Assembly: GCA_963514005.1 (NCBI GenBank) | Contig: OY740814.1 | Location: 16,244,001 to 16,308,000, forward strand | Length of the DNA stretch: 64,000 bases | DNA from: Raja brachyura | Lineage: Eukaryota | Reading direction: 5' to 3' | Shown here: piece by piece, positions 38,851-52,596 of the stretch | Position numbering within the stretch: the stretch's first letter is position 1 | Layout of the letters: every line of letters starts with the position of its first letter | Program-made: the position numbers and the translations under genes | The notes under the pieces: generated by a model | The model's input: the letters and a program-made list of their open reading frames with translations, nothing else | What the model was told of the DNA's origin: nothing | Databases searched by the model: none

Positions 38851-39196
38851 CTTTGAAAATGTCAGGCAACATGATAGAAACATGATAGTTCGTGAAGCAT
38901 TTGTGCCAGAGTTTGTTTGAGGCACTTAAGAAATTAACGATGTATTTTAGATTTGATTGAATTTAATATTTAGCTGTTATGGTGGGATTTGAACCTGTGC
39001 TTTTTGATCATTAGTGCAAGTCTTCAGTGATGTAATGTTGCTGTCACTGCTGTTATTGTTGCACCCATTTTTGTGTTGCTCTTCAAAAAGCCCAAGTGTA
39101 AAATAGGGCATCGATGTGGGAGGGGAGTTTGAATCTCAAGCAGATTATTCTGCAGCACATGATCTTAATTTTCATTTTGATTTCCTTGTCTTCCAG

Positions 39197-39285
39197 TTTC
39201 CACCTTGCAGCTACGAAAGGTGATGTCCCCTGTGTCAATGCAATGCTTTCACATGGTGTTGACGTGACGGCAATTGATGCTGCAG
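39197..39285 (+). CDS. UACA: UACA-like exon: FHLAATKGDVPCVNAMLSHGVDVTAIDAA(G)
   Basis: Acceptor ttgtcttccag, donor CAG|gtaacg; 89 nt, phase 2 to 1; ankyrin consensus. Confidence 0.93.
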
Positions 39286-40968
39286 GTAACGCTTCACACT
39301 GGTATCGGGGTCAGAGTATCGGGTTGCGTCTCAAATTGCCATTTTTAAGATAATAGTTGTTATTTTTCTCCTGCCTTTCTCCAGTAGGAACGAGTTGAGC
39401 AATTTGTTTATTTTGTCTGTTTTGCCTTCGAATAGGATCCACTGATAAATGTTCCTTCTAGGTCTATCCCAAAATGGTGATTCTCTTGGTATCTAAAAAT
39501 CTGTTGGTCTCAACGTGGAATATACTCAGTGACTGAAATCCCTCTGCAATTGTGAATTCCAGAGAGCTAATCTCTGTCTCAAATGTCCAAACATTTGTCC
39601 TGAGTCCATGACTATTAGTTCAAATGCTCCCAGGCACAGGAGCAAGAGAGCTATAACACACATGACTGTTAATTCTGCCATTGACGGTTTCTGTATATTT
39701 CAGACGTGTCTCTCTAACTTCATAATATGTAGGACAATAGGAACAACTTTCTCAACTCTATCCAGCAAACCATACTTTTACCCCTGTAAGATACGAGTAA
39801 CCTTCCATGGGGAAGCAGTCCAGAAGGATATATGCTGGACTGCTCTTTATAACTACCTTTGCATTTTTTTCTTATGTTCCCACTTTGTTCAGTCTGCAGA
39901 TAGTTACAACCACTCTGTTGTAGAATTATTCTTGTGAATCTTTAGCAGTTCTACCTGCATCTAAACTTAAGAGAAAAGTAAATGCCATGATGATATTTAT
40001 TTGCTCTTGGTATGTGGTGTAGCATTTCTTTCATCCTCTCACTTGACGATTAAACCTACATGGATGATTTCAAAATTCACTTCATACTAGAGTTCTTTGG
40101 TGCGCCAGGAATCATGTATTGGCCAGACCAGATAAGGAAGAGTTATTTTCTGAAGATTAGTGAACCAATTTCATTAATATTTCAATACAATGATTTTCAT
40201 GGGTTTGTGTTCTAACCTTTTTAGAAATTATCTGATTTTTTTTGATTTTTTTTCTATACAGCTGCCATAGTGAGTTTTCAAACCAGCCTTGGGATACTTG
40301 TACAATAAATACAATATTCTTACTTTTCCACTATTGCTTTTACTCTTTCACACATCTAAGCTGCAGATGTCGATCTTTCCATTAAGCCTCTTTATTGCCA
40401 TTTTATTTAGATCTCAGAACAAATTAAATAACCTAATAACTTCTTCATTATGACCATCAACAGTGCAGAGAACTTGCATCTGATTTTTCTGAGTTCATAT
40501 GTAGTTATACTTGGAGCCCTGAATCCCAGAGTTAGCTTCTCGGTGCTTGATGGGAAGAAAGCGTACAAGTATGTTGAATATTGGTCCAGGATTAATGAGA
40601 GGTTTGCCAGTCCCTGAGGGAGATGTGGGAAAGTGGTAGAGAATCACATCAATGTGACTTTTGATACAGTACTATGAAGAGCCAAGCAACTGGAATAACC
40701 GAGAGAACTTGAGTTACACCACTTTTGGGTGATCTGGACACAACAGACTGACTGGGGGCTTTTTCTTTCAACAATTCTATTTTGGCTTATCAACTGTTGC
40801 CCACATGTCTCGCAGTGGATGTCCGAAGGAACCGTCAAGACCAGTATAAGAAAAACTCTATTGGTATTCTCAAGGGCCGTGCAGATGCTTATAGAACTCC
40901 CTGGGAAAGAGCCCGCCCCGAATCCAAGGTTCATTAATTACTGATTTTATTTTCTCTTTATCTTGCAG

Positions 40969-41033
40969 GACGAAGTGTGTTACATCTCGCTGCTAGAAAT
41001 GGGCAGTCTCTGTGTTTGCAGCGGTTGCTTCAG
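40969..41033 (+). CDS. UACA: UACA-like exon: GRSVLHLAARNGQSLCLQRLLQ
   Basis: Acceptor tttatcttgcag, donor CAG|gtagct; 65 nt, phase 1 to 0. Confidence 0.93.
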
Positions 41034-41427
41034 GTAGCTGCAATTGCCTCTTGACATTATGGATGCATTAACATGAAGGTCAAGTGTATCTGTCAATGAA
41101 GAAATTGTCCTTCTTAACTTTGCAATAGAGAATTCCCAAGGGTAAAGCTGAAGCTTCTACAGCTTCTGAATTCAGTGTGCTGGTGCCAAACATGTGCCTG
41201 TAATACACACACTCAAGTACTTCATTTCCTGCTGTCCTATTTTTAAAACTGAGCAAACACTACTAACGATTGGAGAGAGATGTTTGAATTCCCCTCCTAT
41301 TTCTTCCAGAAGATTCCATGATGGGTAGAAGGCGGGTAGATGGTTACATGGGGTGGGCTTTCTGCACCAAAGGGTTGCTTTCTGTCTTGTATGTTTGTGT
41401 TCAATATTTACAATGCAGGAACAAGTT

Positions 41428-41640
41428 GGACACAAAAAATTGGAGTAACTCAGCGGGTCAGAGGAATCTCTGGAGAAAAGTAATAGGTGACGTTTCGGGT
41501 CAAGACCCTTCTTCAGACTGAGAGTCAGAGGAAAGAGAAACAAGAGATATAGGTGGTGATGTAGAGAAACATAGAACAAATGAATGAATGAAATGCAAAA
41601 AAGTAATGATGATAAAAGTAACAGGCCATTGTTAGCTTTG
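41428..41640 (-). mobile_element. Penelope pseudo-LTR-derived element
   Basis: gacgtttcgggtcaagacccttcttcagactgagagtcag; reverse complement matches 2010-2166. Confidence 0.8.
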
Positions 41641-43105
41641 GCCTAGTACCTAGTGGCCTGTGAGATCGAGTACAGACATACCTTCCTACAGGAACAAGTA
41701 ATTGCCCGACCAGTTTGCGCCAATCTGTATCCCACACAATTTTATCACTTTGTTTCCTCTTTCACTTTGTTGATGAATCATTCTGTTCCTATCTCCTTGG
41801 TGTGTTTATCCAGCTCATCCGTTCTCTTCTCCCCAACCTCTCCTCGTGCCAGAGTTCTCTGTTCCCACCACCAAGATATTTCCTCTTGAATAGCTAGATG
41901 GATGGTTCGGAAGGAAAGCTGGTGAGATTAGATGCGGACAGAGGGGAAGAGGCTGTAGTGGAGCATAAACATCGCCACGTATTGTCAAGATGTTTGTACT
42001 GTATATTTTGGGCGTGTTTTCATGTATTCTAAAGGAATACTAATGGTGTTGGTCAATGTATGTGGAAAAAATATTGCATTGGGACCAGTGGAAGGTAAAT
42101 TTATTTGATCGTATAATCCACAGATTTTGAAATTATGCTACATGAGTCTTGTTTGATTGGGGAAAGGAAGTGGGGGGGGGGAGGAGGGGATAGTTGTTCC
42201 TCTTTGCCACCCAACAAAAAGCTTTTCACTGTACCTCAGTACAGGTGACACTAACCTGCACTGCACTGCAGGAATTCGGGCAATTCTGTCTCGAGGCGGG
42301 GGTGAGGTAGGAGGAGGGGGAGTACCTTTGTTGTGCAGACATAACAAGCATGTGGAGGTTTTAAATTGTGGAATTTATTATCTTTAAATGTAATAAAATA
42401 TGTTGCACAGCAGATATTAATGTTTAAGAGTCACTCCATCGAAGACGAGAGGAGACCACTCGGCCAATCGGATTCATACCATCTTCTAGCAGAGCAATCT
42501 CATCAGTCCCATTTCCATCTCCTTACTTCCTGTAGCCTTGCATCTTGTTCTAGCTCTCATGCTAATTGATTATTTTGCCATTTAACTCCAATAAGGGGTA
42601 ATTAATCAACATGTCTCCAGATGTGTTTGAAATGTGACACACCCAAGCTATCACATGGAGAGCATGCAAAGGCCACACTGACAGAACCAGAGGTCAGGAT
42701 AGAACCTGGGTCCCTGGAGCATAAGGAAGTTATGCTAACTGCTGCTGATGTCTGTGTGGAGTCCATAGGCAGTCCGTGTGATAGGTCTCCTTTGGGTGCA
42801 TCAATTTCCTCTTGATTCCCAAAGTCCCATGCTGTGGAGTTTATTTGCACAGTAGTTCAGAATTTGTGGTAAGCAGGGACATGAGATTCCCTGAAAGGAT
42901 GTCTATACTTGCAGTAACTGTCCCATGTTGAAAAGACTGAGTAGTCGTGTAGCTGTTGCAAAGAAATTTGCAAAAGCCTATTTCTGCTGCAAGGAGTGAT
43001 CTTCATTTTATAGGAAAGCAAATTTGTCTGCAATTTTTAATGATTTCAGTATGGTGGGATGACGTTTTGTTCGCCTGTATTAAATCGGTGTGTATTGTTT
43101 TACAG

Positions 43106-43163
43106 CAAGATTGTCCTGTTGACACGATAGACCATCAAGGCAGATCTGCCCTTCATGATGCAG
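43106..43163 (+). CDS. UACA: UACA-like exon: QDCPVDTIDHQGRSALHDA
   Basis: Acceptor ttgttttacag, donor CAG|gtctgt; 58 nt, phase 0 to 1. Confidence 0.92.
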
Positions 43164-44086
43164 GTCTGTATGCGATTGCTTAAATCAGCTGAGGTTTTTT
43201 TGCAGGCACAGAATAAATTGTAATGGGGTTCTGGTGCTTTATGTGTTTAGAGAGCAAGTTTATTTTCACTGGAAATGTTGGTGTACAGTTGAGAACTGTC
43301 AAAATATTCAGTTGCTTGTATATAATTAAAAATTCAAAAGAAACTGCAGATTCCACAAATTAAAACAAAATACTCTGAAGCACTCGGCCAAATCTGTATA
43401 AATAGAATGATTAACCTTTTGCGCCACCACCCTTTATTCAAGCCTGGAAAGTGATAAAACAATTTACTTTTAAGTTTCAAGAAGGGTTACAAATAGGAAG
43501 GCCAAAATAAATATCTCTTGGTAGGAATGATTTGCTGTGAGGAAATGTTATTCACAAAGTCATCTGCTTGACAGACTTGTGAGGACCGTTGGAGAGAATA
43601 AAGGGGTATGTGAAAGATTTGAAATGCAGATCAGAACTCTCACAAAGATCTGAAAGCAAAAGGAGATGGCTGGAAATACTCAGCATGTTGGACAATGAGT
43701 ATGGAGAAAGTTAAAAAAAAAAAAAAGAGAGTTAATATTACAGACTGATAATCTGGCAACAGAACTCTCCAATGAAAGGAGATGGAGAATTAAAAGTGAA
43801 GTTGCAAATCCCACTCTTACCCAGCCTTATCTACCAGATATCTTCTGCACTGTGAGCTTTATTGTAGAATCGATATCAAATTTTGCAATTTCAGGTGAGT
43901 TGCTCTCTGTATGACTGGTTCTGCAGAAAAGTTATCCCCTTGTGGCACTTTTACTCTCTAGACAGTGTCTGATCTGCTCGGCATGTAAGTATCCTCATTA
44001 CAGTGAAGAAAGGTCTAATATAAACCACCCCTTGCATAAAAAAATAATTTGTAATTATGTTCAGCATTAATAGTACTGTTAATTAC

Positions 44087-44310
44087 AGTACCCTCCATAA
44101 GGTTTGGGGCAAGATGCATTTATTTGTCACATGTACCAATTGGTACAGTGAAATGTGTGGTCAAAGACCCATCATTGATTTATTTGCCTCTGTACGCCCC
44201 AATTTGAGACTTGTAATAGAAAAAATTGCTTGTGGTTAAGGTGCACATTGTCAGATTTTAATAAAGGCCATTTTTATACATTTTGGTTTCACCGTGTAGC
44301 AATTACATTT
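44087..44310. mobile_element. Solo TIR fragment of the same Tc1 family with an insert of about 45 bp
   Basis: TA|cagtaccctccataaggtttgggg..caaagacccatcattgatttatttgcctctgtac..gtgcacattgtcagatttt. Confidence 0.85.
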
Positions 44311-47273
44311 TAGTTCCCCAAATGCTTATTGCTTTAAAACTGATCAAGATCCAATTAATTAAGCAAACTTTATTCATGAAAATGAGATGGGTTGGCTCCA
44401 ACTGAAATCCAAAATCTTGTTTAACATATTAGAGTTTTTTTATAGCTGCAGATCGTAAAACATCTTGTAAGGCAAATTGAGAAGTAATTTTAATAGCGTC
44501 GTTCACAGTTCCAGAACAGTTTTTCATCCAATAGAGTACATTTAAGTGTTGCAGTGAAGGAAGTATAACAGCCATATTTTTGTGCATCAAACTGCCAGAG
44601 AAAGCACAACTGCAAGGAGAATATTTGAGCCGAGGGTAAAATAATCAAAATGAAATTGATATTTTAAAATGATAAATGATACCAGGTTGGCCTGGGTTGA
44701 ATTAATGTTGAAGTTGGTTCCTTTCACGTTCTTGTTCCTTGTTCAGAATTTAAGGTCCTGAGACCGACTTCAAGTCTATCACACTTCCACACTGTCATGT
44801 ATGAGTTATTTCAGTCTGGGATAAGATAAGCTTGCAGCTGCTTATCTTGTCCTGGAAAGTTACTGTAGCATTTCAGGCAAAGCCATCTGTCTGTCATTCA
44901 ACCACCGCTCATTTGGAACTGTTAACACTCTCCTGCTCAAATCTCCTTCCATCACTTTTCTGTCGTCCAAGAGCAAAGTCGTGATTGAATTGTGTTATTA
45001 ATTGGGAAGTTTGAGGGAAGTGTTAGTGCATCACATTGCAAACCCTGCAGATTACAGAACACTGCGACTCATGCCCCACACAAAGCTCCCACCCAGAAGG
45101 TTGCTGGGGTGTACAGCCTGAGCCTGAGGGTTTATTATTTTCATCCCAACCTAAACTAAGTTGGAGACATCCACAGAAAAGGAGAAGCAAATCTTGTTTG
45201 GTGAGGTGTGCATTGCTGTTGATTGAGAAAAGCGGGTGCACATGTTGATACTAAACAAATAATGGATAAGCAGGGAGCCGGTCGCACACCCCAACCTGAA
45301 CCCGAGTGTTCCACTGACGTGACTCCAAGATGACATTGCTTTATTGGATCGCATTGGACTAGCATCAACTGGCTATGCTGCGCTTTTCTGCTCCTTTCCC
45401 GCCTTCCTCAGCACTATATCTTTCCCTGTGTATTTATTTAGCTTCAAGAGTCAGAGATTCATAGTCCTGCAGTACGGAAACAAGCCATGCGGAACGACCA
45501 AGGTGCCTATCTGAACGAATCTCGGATCTTTACCTCAATCTATGCTATCATTTAACCCATTAATCCAATTTGCCTCATCAGTCCTCATGGGAGTGAGTTA
45601 CATGTTCTCTCTGCACTGGAGATCAAATGTTTCCCAATATCTTATTGGATTTTTTTTTTTTACAACTGAAATTTGTAATCCCTTGTAAATCACATCATCT
45701 TCTTAAAGGCATCTAACAGGTAATTTAAATAAATCCCAGACAGTTAAGTTGTTATGAAAAAGCCTAGAAGGATATAAATCTGTGACCAACTGAAATTGTT
45801 ACGGTGGTTTTACTATCATGTAGGTAGGTCATTCCAAATTATCTTTGTTAATGAGCTAGAGAACTCGTATTATTGATTAATGCGGGAAAGTTGTAGGACA
45901 GCTTGTTTGTGCTGTCACGGTATTTTCCACTGATGTTTGCAATTAGAATCAGTTTGTTTTCTGTGACACTGAAGTGAAGGACTTGTCCCTCAGGATACAA
46001 GTTTTAAAGCTTTGCACGAGAATGTGTTTATTTTAGTAGGTTATGTTTTATAGATTTAAACTAGCGGGTCATGGACATTGTAAACAAGGCCAAAATGTAT
46101 TCTTATTTGCTTGCTTGAATGAGGCGCTTAATGAGCTTGTCTTGGGCAGTGGTGAGGGTGGAGGTGCAGGGGCAGGTCTTGCAGCTCCTATGGTCTGTAT
46201 TTTGCTCCAGATTCCAGCATCTGGAGTCTTTTGTGTCTCCTGCTTATTATTGTTATCTTTGTGACGTGGATGTTGGTTGACTTGTGTGTGAGTTGTTTGT
46301 GATCTAGAGAACATTATGTAAGGAGTGCTTCCCCCTTCCTTAAAGTTGAAATAACGACAGCTGATCAATTTTAAAGTTTTTCTTATTTCAAGCATTCTCT
46401 TCTTGAGCCTGCTCTGCTGTTTTGTGAGATCATGGCAAATCTACATTGACTTTTATTTCCACCTATTATGTTTCTTGCTTCCTTTGTGAAATGATTGAAG
46501 TGAAAATTAGAGTGGATGTCTAATCTTAAATTGGTATTTGTAGAGGTGTCAGTACCAAACTTCTGCATAAAGCAGTGCAGCAAATGTATGGCACAGAAAT
46601 AGATCTCCCTTGCAAATCAGCCATGCACCCTTCATCTTGCCTGTCATCTTCATTCCATTGTACTTATCTAGTTCTCCCATACATCTGTGCTTTGGGCATG
46701 GCATTGTTTACTCGGCAGTAGGTCAAGGGTGCAGAAACCATTCTGGAGTGCAAATGTCATGGCAGAATTCCAACATATTGCTGACCCAGTGCCACTTTGT
46801 CTCGCCCCACCTTTTGAATGAGACGTGAAGTTATTGTCTGGTCCGCCTTCTTAGGTAGGCATTAAAAAAAAAAAAAAATCGTAGGTCATTATTCTGAGGA
46901 AGAGAATGCGAATTTGAGATCATGCTAATAATTATTCAACAAGGCACCGGCAAGTAATTAGATGTACAAAATGTCGATCCCACTTCCATAGTACTTAATT
47001 GGCTTTTAGATGTTTCGCGAGCTTTTACTTCTTGAGAGAAGTATATTAATGCATTTCTTTCTTTCTCTCTCTCCACCCGTCTCATTATCGAAGAAGCCAG
47101 TTAAATACTGAAACAATGCATATAACATTCTTGGTGGTATATTGGGGCAGTTTGCGGTCTGATTCAGTCCATCAGATGAAACGAGTCATGTTTATGCTGT
47201 CTGACTTCTAACAAATTAACCAGTCTGTTGTTCAGCGCTGTGATTTCAATTGTACTTATTCCCTATGTTTCAG

Positions 47274-47344
47274 CGGTTGCTGGTTGTGCATCATGTGTGA
47301 AACTACTTTTGGACCATGGAGCCATTGTGAATGTCAAGGATAGG
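47274..47344 (+). CDS. UACA: UACA-like exon: AVAGCASCVKLLLDHGAIVNVKDR
   Basis: Acceptor ctatgtttcag, donor AGG|gtaagt; 71 nt, phase 1 to 0. Confidence 0.92.
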
Positions 47345-47775
47345 GTAAGTGTGATGAATGTCTGAGATGCGATATTCCTGAACGCAAGATATATGTCGGG
47401 GAAATGTACCATTACTGTAGATTTTGTGGCCGTGTTACTGGGCTCGTAGTCAAAGGTTTTGGTTCAGTCATCCAGCGATACCACTTCAAATCTCACTCCA
47501 ATAGCCAGGGAATTTAAATTCAAAGAATTAAATTACAAACCTTTATTTCAAAAAGGTAAGCTTATCTCAGTGTTGGTAATCATTGACCAATATGGATAGG
47601 GAGAGGAACAATCACGTTTCCTTGAGGGCCATAGATGTAGCATCTTTGAATATTTTTAAGGCAGAGGTAGAAAGTTGCATCAGAGGTAGGGGGGAAGGAA
47701 ATGGGAGCACAGATTTGAGATTACAATTCGATTAGTCATCATTTTATTAAATAGTGAAGCAGGCTAGAGGAGAAT

Positions 47776-48077
47776 TTAGTTTAGGGACACAGCGCGGAAA
47801 CAGGCCCTTCGGCCCATCGGGTCTGCGCCGACCAGTGATCCCTGCACATTAACACTATCCTACACACACTAGAGCCAATTTACATTTATAGCAAGCCAAT
47901 TAACCTACAAACCTGCACGTCTTTGGAGTGTGGGAGGAAACTGAAGATCTCGGAGAATACCCAGACAGGTCACGGGGAAAATGTACAAACTCCGTACAGA
48001 GAGCATCCGTAGTCAGGATCGAACCCGTTTCTCCAGCGCTGTAAGGCAGCAACTCTACCGCTGCTCTGCCGTGTCGC
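47776..48077 (-). mobile_element. HE1/V-SINE-like SINE, near full length
   Basis: tttagtttagggacacagcgcggaaacaggcccttcggccc..aggatcgaaccc..gtaaggcagcaactctaccgctg. Confidence 0.9.
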
Positions 48078-48169
48078 AAACAGCTAACTTGTATTTGTGT
48101 ATATGTTTGAAGCTACTGAGATTATTGTAAAAACCCATCTGAATCATGAATATCCTTTAGGGAATGAAA

Positions 48170-48400
48170 TGGTCATATACCCTCGGCCCAACTTGCCCAT
48201 GCTGACTGAGATGCCCCATCTATGCTAGTCCCACCAGCCCGTGTCTGGCCCATTTCCCTCTAAACCTTTTTTTTTTATCCATGTAACTGTCCAAATGTTT
48301 TTTAAATGTTGTTAAAGTACTTGCCTCAACTACCTCCTCTGGCAACATGTTCCATATACCCACAACCATCTGCGTGAATAAAATTGCCCCGCAGGTTCCT
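48170..48400 (-). mobile_element. CR1-like LINE 3' end
   Basis: Reverse complement of the 32095-32365 family. Confidence 0.75.
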
Positions 48401-49264
48401 GCCCTTAAGTCAGAAATCTTTTGTTTTTTTAATTAAGCCATCTATCCAAATTTAAAACCCATCATGCAGCCTTCTCGATTTGGCATTGTTCAATAAGTTC
48501 AGATGACTTGGAAATAATATTGAGCCTCTAGGCAGTAGTGGAACCTCTATTCAGCTTTACACATTATGGAACAGCATCAATGTACAGGCCTTTTAAAGTA
48601 TACAGAAAAGGCATCAATTCTTTAATTAATTCAAGGGATGTGGGCGTTGCACGCTGAGCAAGCATTTAATTGCACGAAGATGGTGGTGAGCTGCCTTCTT
48701 AAACCACTAATTCTTGATGTGGGTACACCCACAATGCTGTTAGGGAGAGTGTTCAACGGTTTTGACCCACGCTGATGAAGGAACAAAGCTGCTGTTCCAA
48801 GTCATAATAGTGTGTGTACTATAACTTGGACGGCAGGTGGTCGTGTTCCTATGCTTTTAGCGCTCTTGTACTTCTAGCTGGTCGAGATCATGGATTTGGA
48901 AGGTGTTGTCTCAGGACATTGAACAGTGCAGCAGAGGAGTGGGCCCTTCGGCCCACAATGTTTGTGCCAAGCAAGATGCCAAATTAAACTGATATCATAT
49001 GTATCCCTCCATTCTCTGCACTTCCATATGCATATCTAAAATACTCTTAAATGCTGCTATTGCAATTGCCTCCACCACCCCGTCTCAATGCGATGACATC
49101 CTGTAATGGTACAGATTGTTGCTACTGTACATCGGTGATGGAGTGAGTGAATGGGTGCCTGTCAAATGGACTGCTATATCAAATACCCTTGACAAGGAGA
49201 ATGTTAATTCTGTAGGACAGAGTGGAGAAAGTCTCACTGCCTTTGCTTGCTGTGTTGTGTTCAG

Positions 49265-49371
49265 GATGGAGGAACCCCCCTTCTGTTGGCCGCCCAGTCT
49301 TGCCATCCAGTGGCCTGTCGACTTTTACTGGATCGGGGAGCAGACATCAACTCCAGAGATAAAGAAAACAG
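49265..49371 (+). CDS. UACA: UACA-like exon: [36 protein letters not shown]
   Basis: Acceptor gttgtgttcag, donor CAG|gtaatt; 107 nt, phase 0 to 2; G-TPL ankyrin motif. Confidence 0.93.
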
Positions 49372-50086
49372 GTAATTTGGACAAAAAAAAATTTAAAGTT
49401 TGAACAAAGTCTGTCCAGTTTAAAACTCTGTTGATTGAGGAAACAACAATTCAACTTGGTGTTATGAACAATCCGGTAATTCCAGTAATTCATTGATCGG
49501 CAGTGTGGATTTATGTTAATAAGGCAAGTTTTATTTCCAAGCAGAAGAAAGACACAAAATGCTGGAGTAATTCTGCGAGCCAGGTAGGATCTCTGAACTA
49601 TAGGGACAGGTGATTTTTCGGATCAGAGGCCTTCAGACTGGGAGACTTATTTCTAAGCAACCTACTTCCCATTATTAGTGAGGTTGCGCGCTATTCACAA
49701 AATCAAATCCAGCCAATCTGCCTTTAAGTTCTCTTCGAGCTGCACAAGACCACTCTCCCACCCTTTTCATTACTTCTGTCCTTGTAATTCTTCTCTTGTT
49801 CTTTGATTCCATTTTTGCTAGTTCCCTTGCCTCTCCCTGTGGGGTGAGTCTTTTTTTTTTCCCTTTCTCTTTTTCTCCCCCACAGGTAATGGGGGAATAT
49901 GATACTAAAGGTGACTATGACTACTGGTCATCTTGTTGGCAGAGCAGGTATGAAGGGCTGATTGGTGTGCTCTTGCCTTTCTGTGGATGTGCCGCATCCA
50001 CTTTGTCCATCACTAATTTGGAGCCCCTGTACTTTGTGAGATAGTGTACTTTGCTTCCGACGTCTAACATGGGACTTTTATTTTAG

Positions 50087-50268
50087 GACTGCATTGATGC
50101 TGGGATGCAAGACTGGTTGCAAGGATGCAGTAGATGTTCTCTTAAAGCACAGAGCTGATGTTACCTTGGTGGATCAGCATGGTCACCAGTGCTTACATTA
50201 TGCACAGCTCTCCAAAAACCCAGACCTGTTGGCTTTGATCAGAACTGCAGTGGAGAAGGCGGCTAAAG
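50087..50268 (+). CDS. UACA: UACA-like exon: TALMLGCKTGCKDAVDVLLKHRADVTLVDQHGHQCLHYAQLSKNPDLLALIRTAVEKAAK
   Basis: Acceptor ttttattttag, donor AAG|gtaaga; 182 nt, phase 2 to 1; overlaps track ORF 50094-50384. Confidence 0.93.
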
Positions 50269-51467
50269 GTAAGATGATTGATGCATACAAAGATATCTGG
50301 CTATTTCATTTATTTTGTTTCCCATTGTCCTCATTTCTGGGTCGCACTCTGTCTGAATCAGAGGATTATAGATTCGGGGATTAGGCATCTTTAGTGCAGT
50401 ATTGGTGAATGCGATGCCGTTAGAGAGGCTGTCCTTCAGTTGAGACACACAGTTAGGAATTTAAGATTCCAAGTGTCCAGGAGCCAACATTTACTGCTTG
50501 CTTCTCAACATTTTTCAGTCTGCTCTATCACTTAGCTGAATTGGGATATTTCCATGGACAGTTTGCTACCTACATGGTAGAGCTGGTGTGTCTCAGTGCC
50601 TGAGTTTGCTGCTAACATCAGGTGTAGAATTTGCACATTCTTCTTGTGACTGAGTGGGTTTCCTCTCGCATCCCAGGGGTTTATTGGTTAATTGGCCTTT
50701 GTAAATTGCTCCCAGTATGTAGGAAATGGATGGGAAAGTGGGATAACTGAAGAGCTAGTGATTCAGTGAGAAGGAAACTCCAGTGTAGCCAGTGGATTGG
50801 GGCTATGTTGCAGTGTTAATACGGGGAGCTGAGTGCCTAGGAGAATAGGGCTGGTGATAAGCTCTGGTATTTGTGGCGCACAGTCTGACATTGGTGCTGC
50901 ATGGAGGCTTCTTCAAAGTTGACCATAAAATATTTAAGGAGACTGCTCGACAGCAAAAAGCTAAAAAGCATAAGAAGTATGTGTGAATGGGAGTGAAAGA
51001 AAGTGGGAGTAGGCTAGAGTGGAGTATAAACATCGTCACAGCCCTCTTGGATTGAATAACATGCTCGTTCTCTCGGCTCGTTTCACGACTAGACCGTTAC
51101 ACCATTGGACTTGTCTGGCCTGCATCACCCAGATCCATGCTGGGCCAAACATCTGACACAATCAACCATTTACATGCTAGGCTGGGAAACTATGTATGGG
51201 AGGGGGTGGGCTACTGATTTGCACGTACACTTGTGACTTTGATCTAATTTGTATTCCATGCATTATCTTTGTTGCGGTCCTGGTTTTGCCATTTGTGTCT
51301 GGAGCGCAGTGTGTGAAATGGCTTGATAAATACAGGTTTGAAACGTTAGTTTTTATACGGGCCAATTTGAAGAGATTCTTGCAATGTGCTTTAATATACT
51401 GGATCACAATTTCCACCCAGCTAATACACCTGAGCAAGAATAAAATGCCACAAAGGGTGTTTGAAGC

Positions 51468-51495
51468 AGTGTGTGTGTGTGTGTGTGTGCGTGTG
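51468..51495. repeat. (GT)n microsatellite
   Basis: gtgtgt.. grading into gcgt. Confidence 0.9.
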
Positions 51496-52152
51496 CGCGC
51501 ATGAATAACGTAGCCTTGTTGTAATTCTGAGGCATGTTGGACATGGATGAGGCACAAGATTGCTGCAGCGAAGATGAATTGCCTGCGAATCATGTTAAGC
51601 TTAAAACTATTACTCACATGCTTCAAAGGGCGCAAGTGTAATCTGCTGCCTGAAAAGCCAGGGTCATAGATCCAGAGATACTTGTTGATAAGGAATTGGA
51701 TGTGTACTGGAAAAAGATTGCAGCGCTATGGCGAAAAAAATAGTGGAATGTTGTTCATGCAATCGCTCCTTCAAAGTAGCAGCAGAAGCATGACGTCTAA
51801 ATGACCAGCTGCTAATGTTTCTTTGTCAACCGGTCAGTATTTTTTCATGAAGCTGAGTTACATCCACACACACAGCATTGTGGTGATTTGCCACGTTAAA
51901 TGTCCATTATACATGCAAATTAAGGTACAAAGCCATCATAGGATGCTACTAAGTACATGCGTTTGATAAATCTGTTTATTCATTGTTAATAGATTGCAAA
52001 TGTGGGGACACTTTTTGTGTGTAATTAAAATGGTTTTATCCAGTGACGTATATTGTAATTGTCCACAAAAAACAGTTAATTGCGATGAGGTAGCTAATGT
52101 CCAGAGCATTTTTCTGCATCGGTTGAAAGGGCCACACCTGTGAATATGAGGA

Positions 52153-52588
52153 AGATAGATGCAAAGTGCTGGAGTAACTCAGCGGGTCAGGCAGCATCTC
52201 TGGAGAAAAAGGGAGGGTGATGGTTTCGGGGCTGGACCCTTCTTCAGCCTAAACGTAGAGGTGAAGGAACTGGAAGTACGAAAAGGCCAGAACAAAGCAG
52301 GACCGACAACAGATGATTGTGGAAGGGTGGTGCCCATAATGGTCCATTGTTGGCTGGTGAAGAGGTGATTAAGAAGGGATGCAAGATACGAACAGTAGAA
52401 CTAGTAGGCGCTTGGTCTCACCAATATGTAGGAGCCCCCACTGAGCACAACGGATACGGTAGATTAAGTTGGAGGAGGTGCAGGTGAACCTCTGCCTCAC
52501 CTGAATGGACTATTGGGGACCCTGGATGGAGTTGAGGGAGGAGGTATAAGCACAGGTGTTGCGTCTACTCCTGTTGCTGGGGAAAGTT
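52153..52588 (-). mobile_element. Penelope 3' fragment (pseudo-LTR plus part of the GIY-YIG region)
   Basis: cgcttggtctcaccaatatgtag and gttggaggaggtgcaggtgaacctctgcc are reverse complements of about 10930-11030; outer direct repeat cctgtgaatatgagga at 52137-52152 and 52818-52833. Confidence 0.85.
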
Positions 52589-52596
52589 CCTGTGAA

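Noticed and set aside
34408-50268. Assignment to RAI14, ANKRD24 or ANKRD35
   Set aside because: Residues KYDDRL, KLDVEGRS, LHDA and LGC..GCKDAV fit UACA better by recall. A chondrichthyan paralogue cannot be excluded without phylogeny and synteny.
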